NCBI GenBank assembly: GCA_900088475.1
Contig: FLMG01003040.1
Span: 1 to 63,542 of the forward strand
Direction of reading: 5' to 3'
Origin: Hyphochytrium catenoides
Taxonomy: Eukaryota; Protista; Hyphochytriomycota
DNA: 63,542 nucleotides
Shown: in pieces, positions 11,930 through 22,755 of the stretch
Layout: the number at the start of each line of letters is the position of its first letter
How positions within the stretch are numbered: position 1 is the stretch's first letter
The notes under the pieces: generated by a model
The model's input: the letters and a program-made list of their open reading frames with translations, nothing else
Databases searched by the model: none
What the model was told of the DNA's origin: nothing
Translations under genes and position numbers: made by a program

Positions 11930-14900
11930 GTTGGATTTAATCTCTTACTAACTAGTGCTATTCCCGTACCTGGGAAGGCTAATCGCCAAGAAATGCATGG
12001 CCATAATAGTCATCGGGACAGATATCCCAGTCAAGACATGTTACCATTCATACCTTACGTAACGATAAGCCATCCCCGCCGTCGACACACTCACCGTCAG
12101 GAAGAACGTCCAGTCTTGCAATTGACAGGAGTAGTCGGAGCATGGACCTCTTAGAGAGAGATGGAGAAGGTGTAGCATTGGCAGTGTGCTCTCATCAGAT
12201 ATCATGAAGCTTCATTGTTGAGATTCTGCAGGCTTCCCTTGAGCTTCTCCACGCAGCGCCATCAACAATAACACACATCAGGTAACCCGGTTAACTATGG
12301 TGCATCCACCCACACCAAAATCGCTACGAATAACTACTGGACAAGTAACTCGGGCACTAACTAGGTAACTAGGGTACTTCCTGATTTCGTCCTAAATCGG
12401 CCTTTCGGTCCCATAAAGGCTACAGTACGTTTGTGGAGTGTGGAACACTGCAAAACCCGGAGTAACACGAAAATAGAGAGAAGGCCGAATAATGATGTTT
12501 GCCTGCTTGAGATAATTACTTCACCATCAGCAAATCATCAAAACTGGAAGAAGAAGAAGAAGAAGAGGAAGAAGAAGAAGAGAGGCCTGTCGTCCTTATT
12601 ATTATTTATGATGATGAGGAGGAGTGCGCCTGCATCAATCACAGAAGAAGCAAGCGCATCTTCTCTGGCTTGAATGCTCTGGGTAAGGCGCACATTTGCA
12701 CTACTGTCATGATTATTAAGAGGCAGCAGTAGAAGCAAACTGGAGAAGAGCTCTTCGTCACATAAGAGGAAAGCAAGCAATGCGGCAGCAGTGCTACCGA
12801 CCAGCAGCAGCAGGGAGATATTCTTCCTATTAGTTGTGGTGCATTTCGCAAGAAGCAAACAAACCATGAGATAATACCGATAGCAAGACGGATAGTGTCA
12901 TTCTACTAATGCTGCTGTCGAAGGAAGTGCAAAGGCACTAGAGAACAGAGGAAGAAGAACCAAAAGGCGGCGAAGATTGAAAGGAACTGCACTCTATCTT
13001 TATTTAGAGGAGGAAATATTCCTCCATCACCTACGCAGAAGAAGTAAGGGCCAGGTTTAGCAGCAAGGCTTGAGAAAAAGAAGAGCCTTGATCAATCATT
13101 GAGAAGTGAGGAAGACGACACCGCCTGAAGAAGCGTGAAAGGGCATATCTCTGCCGCAAGATGCGGTCTAGAGATTTGGCTAGTGTGAGCGACGGCGAAG
13201 AAAAAGGAAGGCAAGAAAGATGGCTCTTTACACATAAGAAAAAATATAGTTCTATATACCATGGATTCGATCTGACAGTCTCACAGTGGCGGTTGGGCTA
13301 TTATGATGATCAATAATGGCGCTAGCTGCCAAGCATTGACTGGCAGATACTAGTATATGCTTCACAAGATCTATGCGACAAAGCCTCACCATATGACCAC
13401 CCTTGCACTTACCTGTTGTGCCTCATCAGAGGCATTCCACACAGATGTTCGGAGTGAGACAGAAGATATGAACACATTATTGGTAGTTCTTTCGCACCAA
13501 AAAAAGTTTCTTATCTTCTCTGTTTGTCACCTACTTGCTGCGTCTACCTTTTCGTTCTCCGAGATAACCCTTCTTTATGAAGCAAGTATGACGAGTAGGA
13601 CTCTAGGGAATGGAGATAGTGAAGACTTTATTCTTCTTCACTACTGTTCACTTTACCATTTTCAAATGACAACTTTAACATCTGTGTCTCACGATTAGGC
13701 CCCTAGAAAGTCTTCTACAATCGTTTTATATGCAAGGACCTTCTGTTATGACTCTGTGCACTCTCTCTGTAAGAACCTTCTTAGAGTTCTTACATCATGA
13801 GATGGGGAGCTGCCTAGCTTGTAAGGAACAATATTGACTCACATGTAAGCTTTTCCCCGCCTAACCCTCTGACCAATGAGGGAAAGGTCTCAAGGCCCAC
13901 ACGCTTTACGGCAGAAAGAGAAGGCGAGTTTGCACCAACAACCTTTTACTTTAATCCTAATAACTACACTGTATGTGCCAATAAGCATCAAGCTAGCAAA
14001 TATCAGGAGATGATGTGTATTATAGCTTCTTCCTTAAGATTCAGGCTCAGGCAAGATCTTTCATTATGGGTGTGTGTACTACTACCACTGCTCATAAGTA
14101 GGAGGAAGAAGAATCGAAAAACGAAGGAAGCTTAACGACTCATCAGCGGCTACAATATGCCAACAAAAGGAATGCGAGTAAGGAACAGGCAGCAAGCTAG
14201 CATCTAACTCATCATCATCAAACAATAAAAGAGTTTGCCAAGATAAAGTGGTGGAGGCCATTGATGAACAGCGGCACGTCAAAGGCTCATCATCGGTCCG
14301 AGGCACAACAAGAGAAAGCTCCTGAAGGTAAAGAAGAGGAGAAGGAAAAGAGAAGGGAAACCCTACGGCTCTGCAACCCTATACTTAGCCAGTAGAGGCG
14401 AAGAAAGTGTAACATTGATGCTGGGTACAGAAGAGACAGCTGCAACGACAAGAATGCAGCAAGAGGAGCAGAAGGCAGTGGAGCGATGAAATAAACGTTG
14501 AGAAGGGCATTCCTCAAAGCAGCGACCGACAGAAAGGAAAGAATGAGGAGGACAAAGAGATATTACAGATTGCATGAGAACGAGTACCAGAACGGGAGAA
14601 TGACGAAGGCGAAGGAGAGCAGGATGTACCGACAGACTGGCAAGTGGCACAGAAGAACTATAGAAAAGTGTTTGATCACTCATGGCATACCTGACCGCGA
14701 GGGAGAAGACAAAGCTCACTTTCCTGTCCGTACTTATTCCCCCTATTAATAAAAGTACGTGGCACACCGTCTCTATCTTCTTCCTTCCTGATGATCGCTG
14801 TCGAAATAACATCAAAAGGAAGGAGGATGATTGATGAGTAGAGAAAGAGACGGTGAATTGAAGCAGAAGCTCCACCACCCTCCACAGTTGCGTAGAATGG

Positions 14901-16492
14901 CGGGGCAAGAAGGAGAATAGTATCAAGATCCTAGTACAGCCGTATCTTTCTGGTTGATTGATGATGTCTTGATGTCCTGCTGCAAGAGAACAGAAGCGTC
15001 AACTAAGGTCTTCTATGCTGCTGTCATCAATCATCTTAGACTTACTTCCTACTAGCGAAGAAATGGATCTTGATGATCATCAGCTGGTGTCTCCAGAGCT
15101 TTGAGAGCCAGTCTATCGAAGAATAAACAGTTCTATCTACCTCGCTCATCAAGCACAGACTTGTCGGTCATTTATACAGGGGCAGCAATCCTCCCATCAT
15201 CATCATTTCTTCTACCCTATAAAGATATGGGAAGGTTTTTTTTTGGTTAAACCCTACTTTTTATACATCAGTACCAGGAAAGCCCAGTACAGGGTAGCCG
15301 TGTACAGTACCTTTAGGAGAAAAAGGGGGTTTAGAGTGGTCTTAGTGGTAGAATAACGGCCGAGCCGATGACGAGGGAGGGCCGACAGTGGGGCAATGTC
15401 CATAGTTATTACCCCTCCTCCCTATCTTCTTCCTCTGCCTTCTTCCTTTAGCCGGTTGATTTCCACCCCAACGGCTCAGGTTCCATGCACAGACAAGCTA
15501 GTCAGGCAGTCAGGAGGAAAAGAAGTAGGAAGAGCACTTGTAAAGACCTTGTCCTCTTCTTCTCTCTCTCTCCTCTCCCTCCTCCTCATGAGGTGACTTA
15601 TTGGTCCTTCCCTCAACGAAGTGGGGCACTTCTGTTGTGAGGATAGGCAACACAGAGGGTGACTGATGTAGGAGGAGAAGGAGGGATGGGTTAACTAACC
15701 ACGAGAGGTAGTCAGTGCTCTTTAGTCTGGTGGCCTCTGGCCTCGTGCTGTCCCCGACAGTGAGAAGGATACGGACCCGTACATGTGGTCTTCCCTTCTG
15801 ACTGTTTCGGTTTCCCCTCCCTTGCTCTCACACTCTAGGAAGTAAAGAAGGTGGTGTTCGTTATGCTGGTTCTAGTTGCTTGATGTTTTAAATTTATGCG
15901 TGTGCCTTCACCGTGAGGAAGAAGGACTGAGATCTTTACCACATCGCATGTTTTACGTTACTCTTAGCCAAGTGCCCCTGCCCTGCCCCTGCTGCGCTGA
16001 AGAGTTGTCCTAGCTCTTCCCCCCAAGTTCAGTAAGATGCAGGATGATGGCACTTCTGATGGCCTGCCGTTGCTCCTCCTTGCCTGAACCTTTCTGATCC
16101 GTCTGGCATAGAATCAAAGGTTAGAGGCGGAAGCAGGGTGCGACACAGTCCTCGCAATCGTATCATCATCCTATTCTTTTTCCCCCACTTCAATAGGCAA
16201 CAAGGGAAGCAACATAGGACCAGACAGATGATGATGGCTCTGTATCGCAAGCATATAATGCAGAGGAAGTTCTTGACTGTACTTGTCGCTGACCACATCA
16301 GTTTAGAGACAGAGTATCATCATGCCTGCATGTGTAGTGCACCATAGCAGTATGAGTAAGGAAGAGAGAGACTTTGTCCTGTCCACTCTCGCTCCGGCAC
16401 ACTCGATACACTTCTGATCCCACCCCAGATCCCACTGGGAAGGAAGTAGAAACGGAGATCATAAGCTCCTCTTGTTGCTAGAGAAGAACATC

Positions 16493-16505
16493 CTCACTTC
16501 TCAAT
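16493..16505 (+). promoter_or_regulatory. Putative oomycete-type initiator CTCACTTC upstream of the BAS2-like gene
   Basis: CTCACTTCTCAAT ~70 nt before the ATG; fits the YCAYTY initiator core known from oomycete promoters. Confidence 0.4.
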
Positions 16506-16570
16506 ATACCTCCAACTACGCAATCATCACCAAGACCTAACTTTCCGTCTAACAAACCTCAAGACGAAGG

Positions 16571-17698
16571 ATGCGTCTCGGACTTATCGCAACGACTCTT
16601 ACCTCTGTCATTGTACTGCTTCATTCCTCTGTGGACCCAGTGGTGGCTAAGACTTTCATCACTGATGTCTGCAAGAGTGATGATGATTGCTTTTCTGGAT
16701 GCTGTGGCTTCAACACCGGCAAGTGTGCTGGTCCAGTAGTCGCTCAAGAGCGCGATGGCGGCTGTGGATTTGGCAATGCTCAGCCTAACGCAAACGCTGC
16801 AAAGGCTCTCGGGTCATCTATCACTGCCGCGGCTATTGGACAGGCCAACCGTGGGGCTGCTGCTGGAAAGCAACCAGCCACTGGCGGTGCTGCTGCCAAG
16901 GCTCCCGCGCCTCGTGCCGCAGGCAAGAAGACATTCATCACAGATGTGTGCACGAGTGATGCTGATTGCGCTTCTGGATGCTGTGGCTTCAACACGGGCA
17001 AGTGCGCCGGCCCAGTAGTTGCTCAAGAGCGCGACGGTGGCTGTGGATTCGGCGATGCTCAGCCAAACGCAAACGCAGCCAAAGCTCTCGGGTCATCTAT
17101 CACGGCTCCAGCTATTGGACAGGCAAACCTTGTGGCAGGAAAGCAGGCTGCCACGGGAGGTGCTGCTGCCAAGGCTCCTGCTCCTCGAGCAGCAGGCAAG
17201 AAGACGTTTATCACAGACGTCTGCACGAGTGATGCCGATTGCGCTTCAGGATGCTGTGGCTTCAACACCGGCAAGTGTGCCGGCGCAGTAGTTGCTCAAG
17301 AACGAGACGGCGGCTGTGGCTTTGGCGATGCTCAGCCGAACGCAAATGCAGCAAAGGCTCTCGGATCAGCTATCACTGCCCCGGCGATTGGACAGGCCAA
17401 TCGTGGGAATGCACCCGCAGGGAACCAGGCCAACACTGGTGGTGCTGCTGCTGCCAAGGCTCCAGCTCCGCGAGCTGCAGGCAAGAAGACGTTCATCACT
17501 GACGTCTGCACAAGCGATGACGATTGCGCTTCAGGATGCTGTGGCTTCAACAGTGGCAAGTGTGCCGGGCCAGTAATTGCTCAACAGCGCGATGGCGGCT
17601 GTGGCTTTGGCGATGCTCAGCCCAACGCCAACGCTGCAAAGGCTCTGGGTTCGTCAATCAGAGCACCTGGCGTTCCACAGAGAAGGCTCCTCCGCTAA
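16571..17698 (+). CDS. Secreted protein with four tandem 6-Cys domains resembling the fungal biotrophy-associated secreted protein 2 (BAS2) family
   Basis: Signal peptide MRLGLIATTLTSVIVLLHSSVDPVVA; four copies of (K)TFITDVCxSDxDCxSGCCGFN(T/S)GKCAGxV(V/I)AQxRDGGCGFG (C-x5-C-x3-CC-x6-C-x12-C) separated by Ala/Gly/Pro linkers; intronless. Confidence 0.88.
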   Translation: MRLGLIATTLTSVIVLLHSSVDPVVAKTFITDVCKSDDDCFSGCCGFNTGKCAGPVVAQERDGGCGFGNAQPNANAAKALGSSITAAAIGQANRGAAAGKQPATGGAAAKAPAPRAAGKKTFITDVCTSDADCASGCCGFNTGKCAGPVVAQERDGGCGFGDAQPNANAAKALGSSITAPAIGQANLVAGKQAATGGAAAKAPAPRAAGKKTFITDVCTSDADCASGCCGFNTGKCAGAVVAQERDGGCGFGDAQPNANAAKALGSAITAPAIGQANRGNAPAGNQANTGGAAAAKAPAPRAAGKKTFITDVCTSDDDCASGCCGFNSGKCAGPVIAQQRDGGCGFGDAQPNANAAKALGSSIRAPGVPQRRLLR

Positions 17699-18310
17699 AA
17701 AGAGAGGAAAGTTGGCCTTCGTGGACGCTCCCTGCAAGCGATGGTTATCTCTTCTTCTCAGTGTGTATACCTAGCTTTTCAAGTCGTCGGAAGTGTCCGG
17801 TCGGGACACTCCACGCTCAAGAACAGGGCATGTGGTCCCAGCTTACTCGGTGGTGTGCGGCTTTAACGCGGACGTACCGCACAGATAAGACAGATCCATC
17901 CGTCGTTGGTGAACCTTCACAACGACCACTATAGAACTCTAATAAGAGTTATTAAGGGGGCATCGACCTTTAACATAGATTTTCAATTTCTCTTAAATGC
18001 ACATTCTAGCTCATGATAACGACAGATCTCCATTCACTCTGTGCACCATTAAAGGCGATAGATGGGAGTTGTTAGCCATAACGCAATGAGCAGAGCGTTA
18101 TCTTTATCCGGACAGACAATACTTCTCAGTTCAATTCACATACTCACTCATAACCGCCATGAGACCGAAGGGGACAGGACAGGCAGGTAAAGAACAACAA
18201 GACGTGGAGGTTAGCCAGGATAGAAGAAGACAGGAGCAATAATCATGACGAGCAGATCAGCTTATGAAACCCCGAAGAAGGTCTTTCTCAAGAAAAATGG
18301 TAAACTCGCT

Positions 18311-19745
18311 TTAGGACGCTGAATTATAGAAGTGGTAGTTATGATAGTAGTAGATAGAGTTGTCTACAAGGAACCGCATTAGACTGCCCAGCAATGGTGT
18401 CTCCTTTGTTCCCTGGCAAACCTGTGAAGCAAGAGTCAGTGGGTTCCAATCACGGCTAATAAAACGAGAGTTTTGGTCTTCTAGCAACTACCTTTTCTGC
18501 AGCTGGAGCTGTGTGCTTGGTGAAGAACGGCTCNNNNNNNNNNNNNNNNNNNNNNNNNNNNNNNNNNNNNNNNNNNNNNNNNNNNNNNNNNNNNNNNNNN
18601 NNNNNNNNNNNGCGCTTGAGGTGAGTGAGGAACATAATAGACTGTACAAACAGTTAGAAAGCCACAAAAGCTCGTCAGGCTAGCTACTCGTCTTACCTGA
18701 GAGCGTCAGTAAGCAGGGAAAAAGCGAAGGGTTTCCACGAGGTTTTCGGATATTGGGACCTGTCATGCATCATGCCGCGTTAGATAATTCTAGATGAAGA
18801 GTCATCGTCGCAGTACTTTACCTCGACAAAACGTAGACTACCGGTCTTAGAATATGAAGTACCTCTCCTAACGTTTGAAGGGGGCCTTCTCGTCCGGAAT
18901 ACTCCGTGGCTTCTCGCACAACGCATTGCATGGGCTCTTTGCAAAATGAAATTGTCAGAAGAGAAGGCCAAGAATAGGGCGGGCATGAATAGCCATAACA
19001 GATACCTGCGGTAGGCATCGGCTGAGATGGATTGGTTGCCGTTTTAGGGGCCAAGTACTAATTTCTGGTGTCAGCTTACGTAGGGCGGCTATGTCATCAT
19101 GATGGCTTACCTGCCCACCGCTGAGTAAGACTTTGGCGCGGCCTTTGTAGAGTATGTAGAGCTTAAGAGCACACTTCAGTAGTTCCACTCTGACTATCTG
19201 CAGGTTTGATTGAGAGCTCAACCCCTAATAGTGACCAAGGAGCCTCCATCGAACCCACCAGCTTCCACGCTCCTGCCACTCCTCCCCAGCGCCTAGCTAT
19301 AAGCTCTGCTATGACTTCAGTATGCGCTAAGAGCGTCAGAATAAGTCTGGATGGGTCCAATTCTCTAAACGGCAACACGATGCATCAGGGTTGGCCAGAG
19401 TCTGCATCGAATAGGGAGGCGGAGCCAACTCACCTCAACCTGGGCAACCTTCGCTGGGGAGTAGCCGTTCTTGCTGAAGCGATGACTATGTTGTGGTATA
19501 GGCTCAAGAGGCCTACGGTTGAATATCCCGCCTCGGTCATAAGCTCCTTGTCCGGAAACTGTGGAATGAGAGTTAGCGGCCAGCAATGCACATTAGCAAG
19601 CGTCGAAAGATGGGAATACCGGAAGTAGCGAAGGGGCGATGTAGATAATCTGCTCCAGCTGCCTAACTGCTGCAGCGTTTTTTCTAACAAAGGCATTATA
19701 TCTCTGTAAAGCTGAAATGACCGGATTGGAAGTCGTAGTCGCCAT
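18311..19745 (-). CDS. PEX16: Peroxisomal membrane biogenesis protein Pex16 (multi-exon; one exon partly in a gap)
   Basis: Spliced segments ELMTEAGYSTVGLLSLYHNIV, LLAHTEVIAELIARRWGG, VELLKCALKLYIL, GEVLHILRPVVY, SWKPFAFSLLTD, EPFFTKHT and PLLGSL...YHFYNSAS* follow the Pex16 motif order. Confidence 0.85.
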
Positions 19746-20474
19746 CTTCTATTACTTCCCGCTATGCTTGGTCGTCCTCGTTTGCCTTATAATAGAGCGA
19801 ACCCGAAGAAGACTAGTGCCCGGCGAGCCTCTCCAGGGCATGACCCAGATACCACCGCCAGCAGGGCACCGTTAAAGAGAGACCAGTGACTCGTAGTAAC
19901 CAACCTACAGCGCTGGAAGGAGCTAATAATGCGGAATGTCGGCTGCGCCGTCAGCAGTCCACCTTGAAGACTCGCAGTGAAGGCCAAAGCCCCAAAGGCG
20001 TCATCCGAAGCCCGCTCTTCAGTCTGCAGTCTGCACTTGAGATCAGAGACGTCAACATCCGTTGCCCAAACCCGAAGGGGAATCAGAGTGACCTGGGTTA
20101 GCTACGGGTACCCATGGGTTACAATCCTCAAACCCGGGTAGCTCATGTTTCTTGCAACATAACCCTAACCTTGGTAAGTGGAACTCCGCTATTGAGTATC
20201 TCGCTACCAATGCATATATTAGCTCTAGCAAGAATCAATGGGTAATACTAGTTACCGGAAGTAAGGAAAGCGGAGTCTAGTGGTGTGGGGAGTGGTGCTG
20301 TGAGGGCCATTGGACCGAGCGATGAAGCGAGAAATCTACAGAGTGGAGGACGAAGATCGGATTGAGACCTGTCATCGGCTTTCTTGAGATCATTCGGCGC
20401 GTTGATCTCCCATCTGTTATAGAGACTTCTACTGCTCCGTACATTGGATAGGCTTGTTGCACTCTATAGGAAAC

Positions 20475-22755
20475 ATGGTAAGAGTACCTCTATCAGGTTG
20501 CTTGTGTTGAGCTAGGATGTCTGATTTTGTCCCTGCCGCGATGTTGCAGAAACCATTGCTGCTCAAGGGTCATGAAAGACCCATCACCATGGTCAAATAT
20601 AACAGAGAGGGTGACCTCCTCTTCAGTACAGCAAAGGATCAGACACCAACCCTCTGGTATGCAGACAATGGACAGAGAGTAGGCACCTACAACGGGCACG
20701 CTGGTGCTGTTTGGGCCTGTGATGTGACATGTACGTCATAGCACGGCTAGCTTTTGCGGTATTCTTGTTGATATGAAGGATTTCTCATCGTATGGCTTGC
20801 TATAGGGGATTCTGAACGCTTTTCCACATGCTCTGCTGACACGACGGCCCGTCTGTGGCAGACTGAGACAGGAGACGAACTGATGGTATTCAAGCAGACT
20901 GGGTAAGTGAAAACAACTTACTAAACACTCGCTTTGGTGGGAGGCTTACAGTAGCGCCCTATTGTACCCTCTTTCAGTCCGGTCAGAATGGTAGATTTCA
21001 GTGATGGCGATAAGCTTCTGGCATGCGTAGCGGATCAGTTTATGGGCCATCCTGCCACCATTAACATCTATGATGTGTCAAACGGATCTGGTAAGTTGCA
21101 AGTTGCCTTTCTATTGATGCTGGTTTACGGAAAACATAGCTCTTGCAAAAACAAGTAGGCGGTAATGCACTGCCATGGTCCTCATATGCTTTCGCTTTCC
21201 TCTCTACTATCCTGCTATTCTAGCCTCTTTTTCTGTCGTCGTGTTCTGTCCCACTTCCGTATCCTGAATCTCTCTCTCTCTTTTGTCGCTGGCAGCCTCC
21301 GACAATCCTGTCATCCAGATCACAGAGACTGGACATGAGGGCAAGATAACCGGTGCTTACTGGCTCCCACTTAACAAAGGCCTGTTGACCACTGGCCAGG
21401 ACGGCACCATCAGAGTCTACGACATGAAGGCTGGCAAGTTTGTGAACAGTGCCCCAGTTCATACGAAGACGATCAACAGCTTCCAGTTTAACAAAGAGAA
21501 GACGCTGGCAATTACTGGCTCGGCAGACAACATGTCCAAAGTAAGACATACATCTTCTGCACTTCCCTTTCTCTGAGACGCTGTTCTTGCGCCATACCGC
21601 ACCGTCGCGTCTCTACTATCGGTGCCCCCTTTCTGATTTTCCTCCCTCCTAACTTGGTCTTTGGGATCGGAAACAATCTCGTGCGCCTCTGTCTTCCACC
21701 TTTGTCACTCCTGCTTGACCCGCGTTCCGATGGCTTATCACATCTTGTGCCCCACAGCTCCTGGACGTGGACACACTTGAAGTCATCCGTACATTCGAAA
21801 CTGATCGTCCAGTCAATGCTGCCGCTATCCATCCAACTAAGGATCATGTAAGTCCATCATTAGGCTGTGGGGGGTTTCCTCTCATTTTCTATATACCTAC
21901 TGGGTTGACAAAGAAAAGAAAGGCTGAGGCTTCAGGTTCCGTAGAGAGGGACTGTAATTTGAAATGAGTTAGGTGATGCTAGTAGCAGAGAGATACAGGA
22001 GGAGAATGGGCGAAGCAGTTGTGAGCTTCACGATAACCTACGAAGAGAGACAGATGCCCGGGCTCCTTAAGACGGGAAGTGCTTCCTTTGCGAAGGAGGC
22101 TTATTAACGTCCTAGTTTGCAAAGTGATTGATGTACTAAGGCTCTCATTGTGCTCCATTGTCTTTCCTTAGGTCGTTATCGGTGGTGGTCAGGAAGCAAT
22201 GAGTGTCACAACGACCTCCACTAGAGTCGGCAAATTTGAGGCTCGATTCTTTCATGCTGTCTATGGCAATGAGTTCGGCCGTGTCAAGGGTCATTTCGGA
22301 CCTATCAACTCTATTGCTATCAACCCTGACGGAAGAAGGTAGGCATCTCGCTCTTTCGTTCTCTTACTCATAGTTTTTCGGTCTCATCCTTACGACATCG
22401 GCCTCTATTATGACGCTACTTGCCCGTCGGTCTTATGCCGTTAACGATCTGAAGTTTTAGCTTTAGATGCTCTCTATTTTGTCCACATGTTGTTGGGGCT
22501 CTTCTTTGTTCTCGCTTGGCCCTCACCGGTTCCTACTTTTTCATTTTGTCACCCGTTAACCTCACTTTTCACTTTGATATGGCTTTCGCGGAATCGTCTG
22601 TACTCATGTACTTCTCTTGTTGTATGTGTCGTTCCAGCTACGCAAGCGGTGCTGAGGACGGTTACGTGCGCCTTCATCACTTTGATAACGATTATTTAGA
22701 GATGGACAACGACGACGGCGACGATGTCGATGGAGAGGATGAGGAGCAGCCTTAA
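20475..22755 (+). CDS. EIF3I: Translation initiation factor 3 subunit I (WD40), 8 exons
   Basis: ATG|intron|[26 protein letters not shown]; [14 protein letters not shown]; [24 protein letters not shown]; VKGHFGPIN; [16 protein letters not shown]. Confidence 0.96.

Noticed and set aside
13768-13794. 9-bp inverted repeat TGTAAGAAC/GTTCTTACA
   Set aside because: Isolated short hairpin with no associated element or terminator context.
16755-17934. Many overlapping alternative-frame ORFs
   Set aside because: Shadows of the GC-rich repeated BAS2-like CDS.
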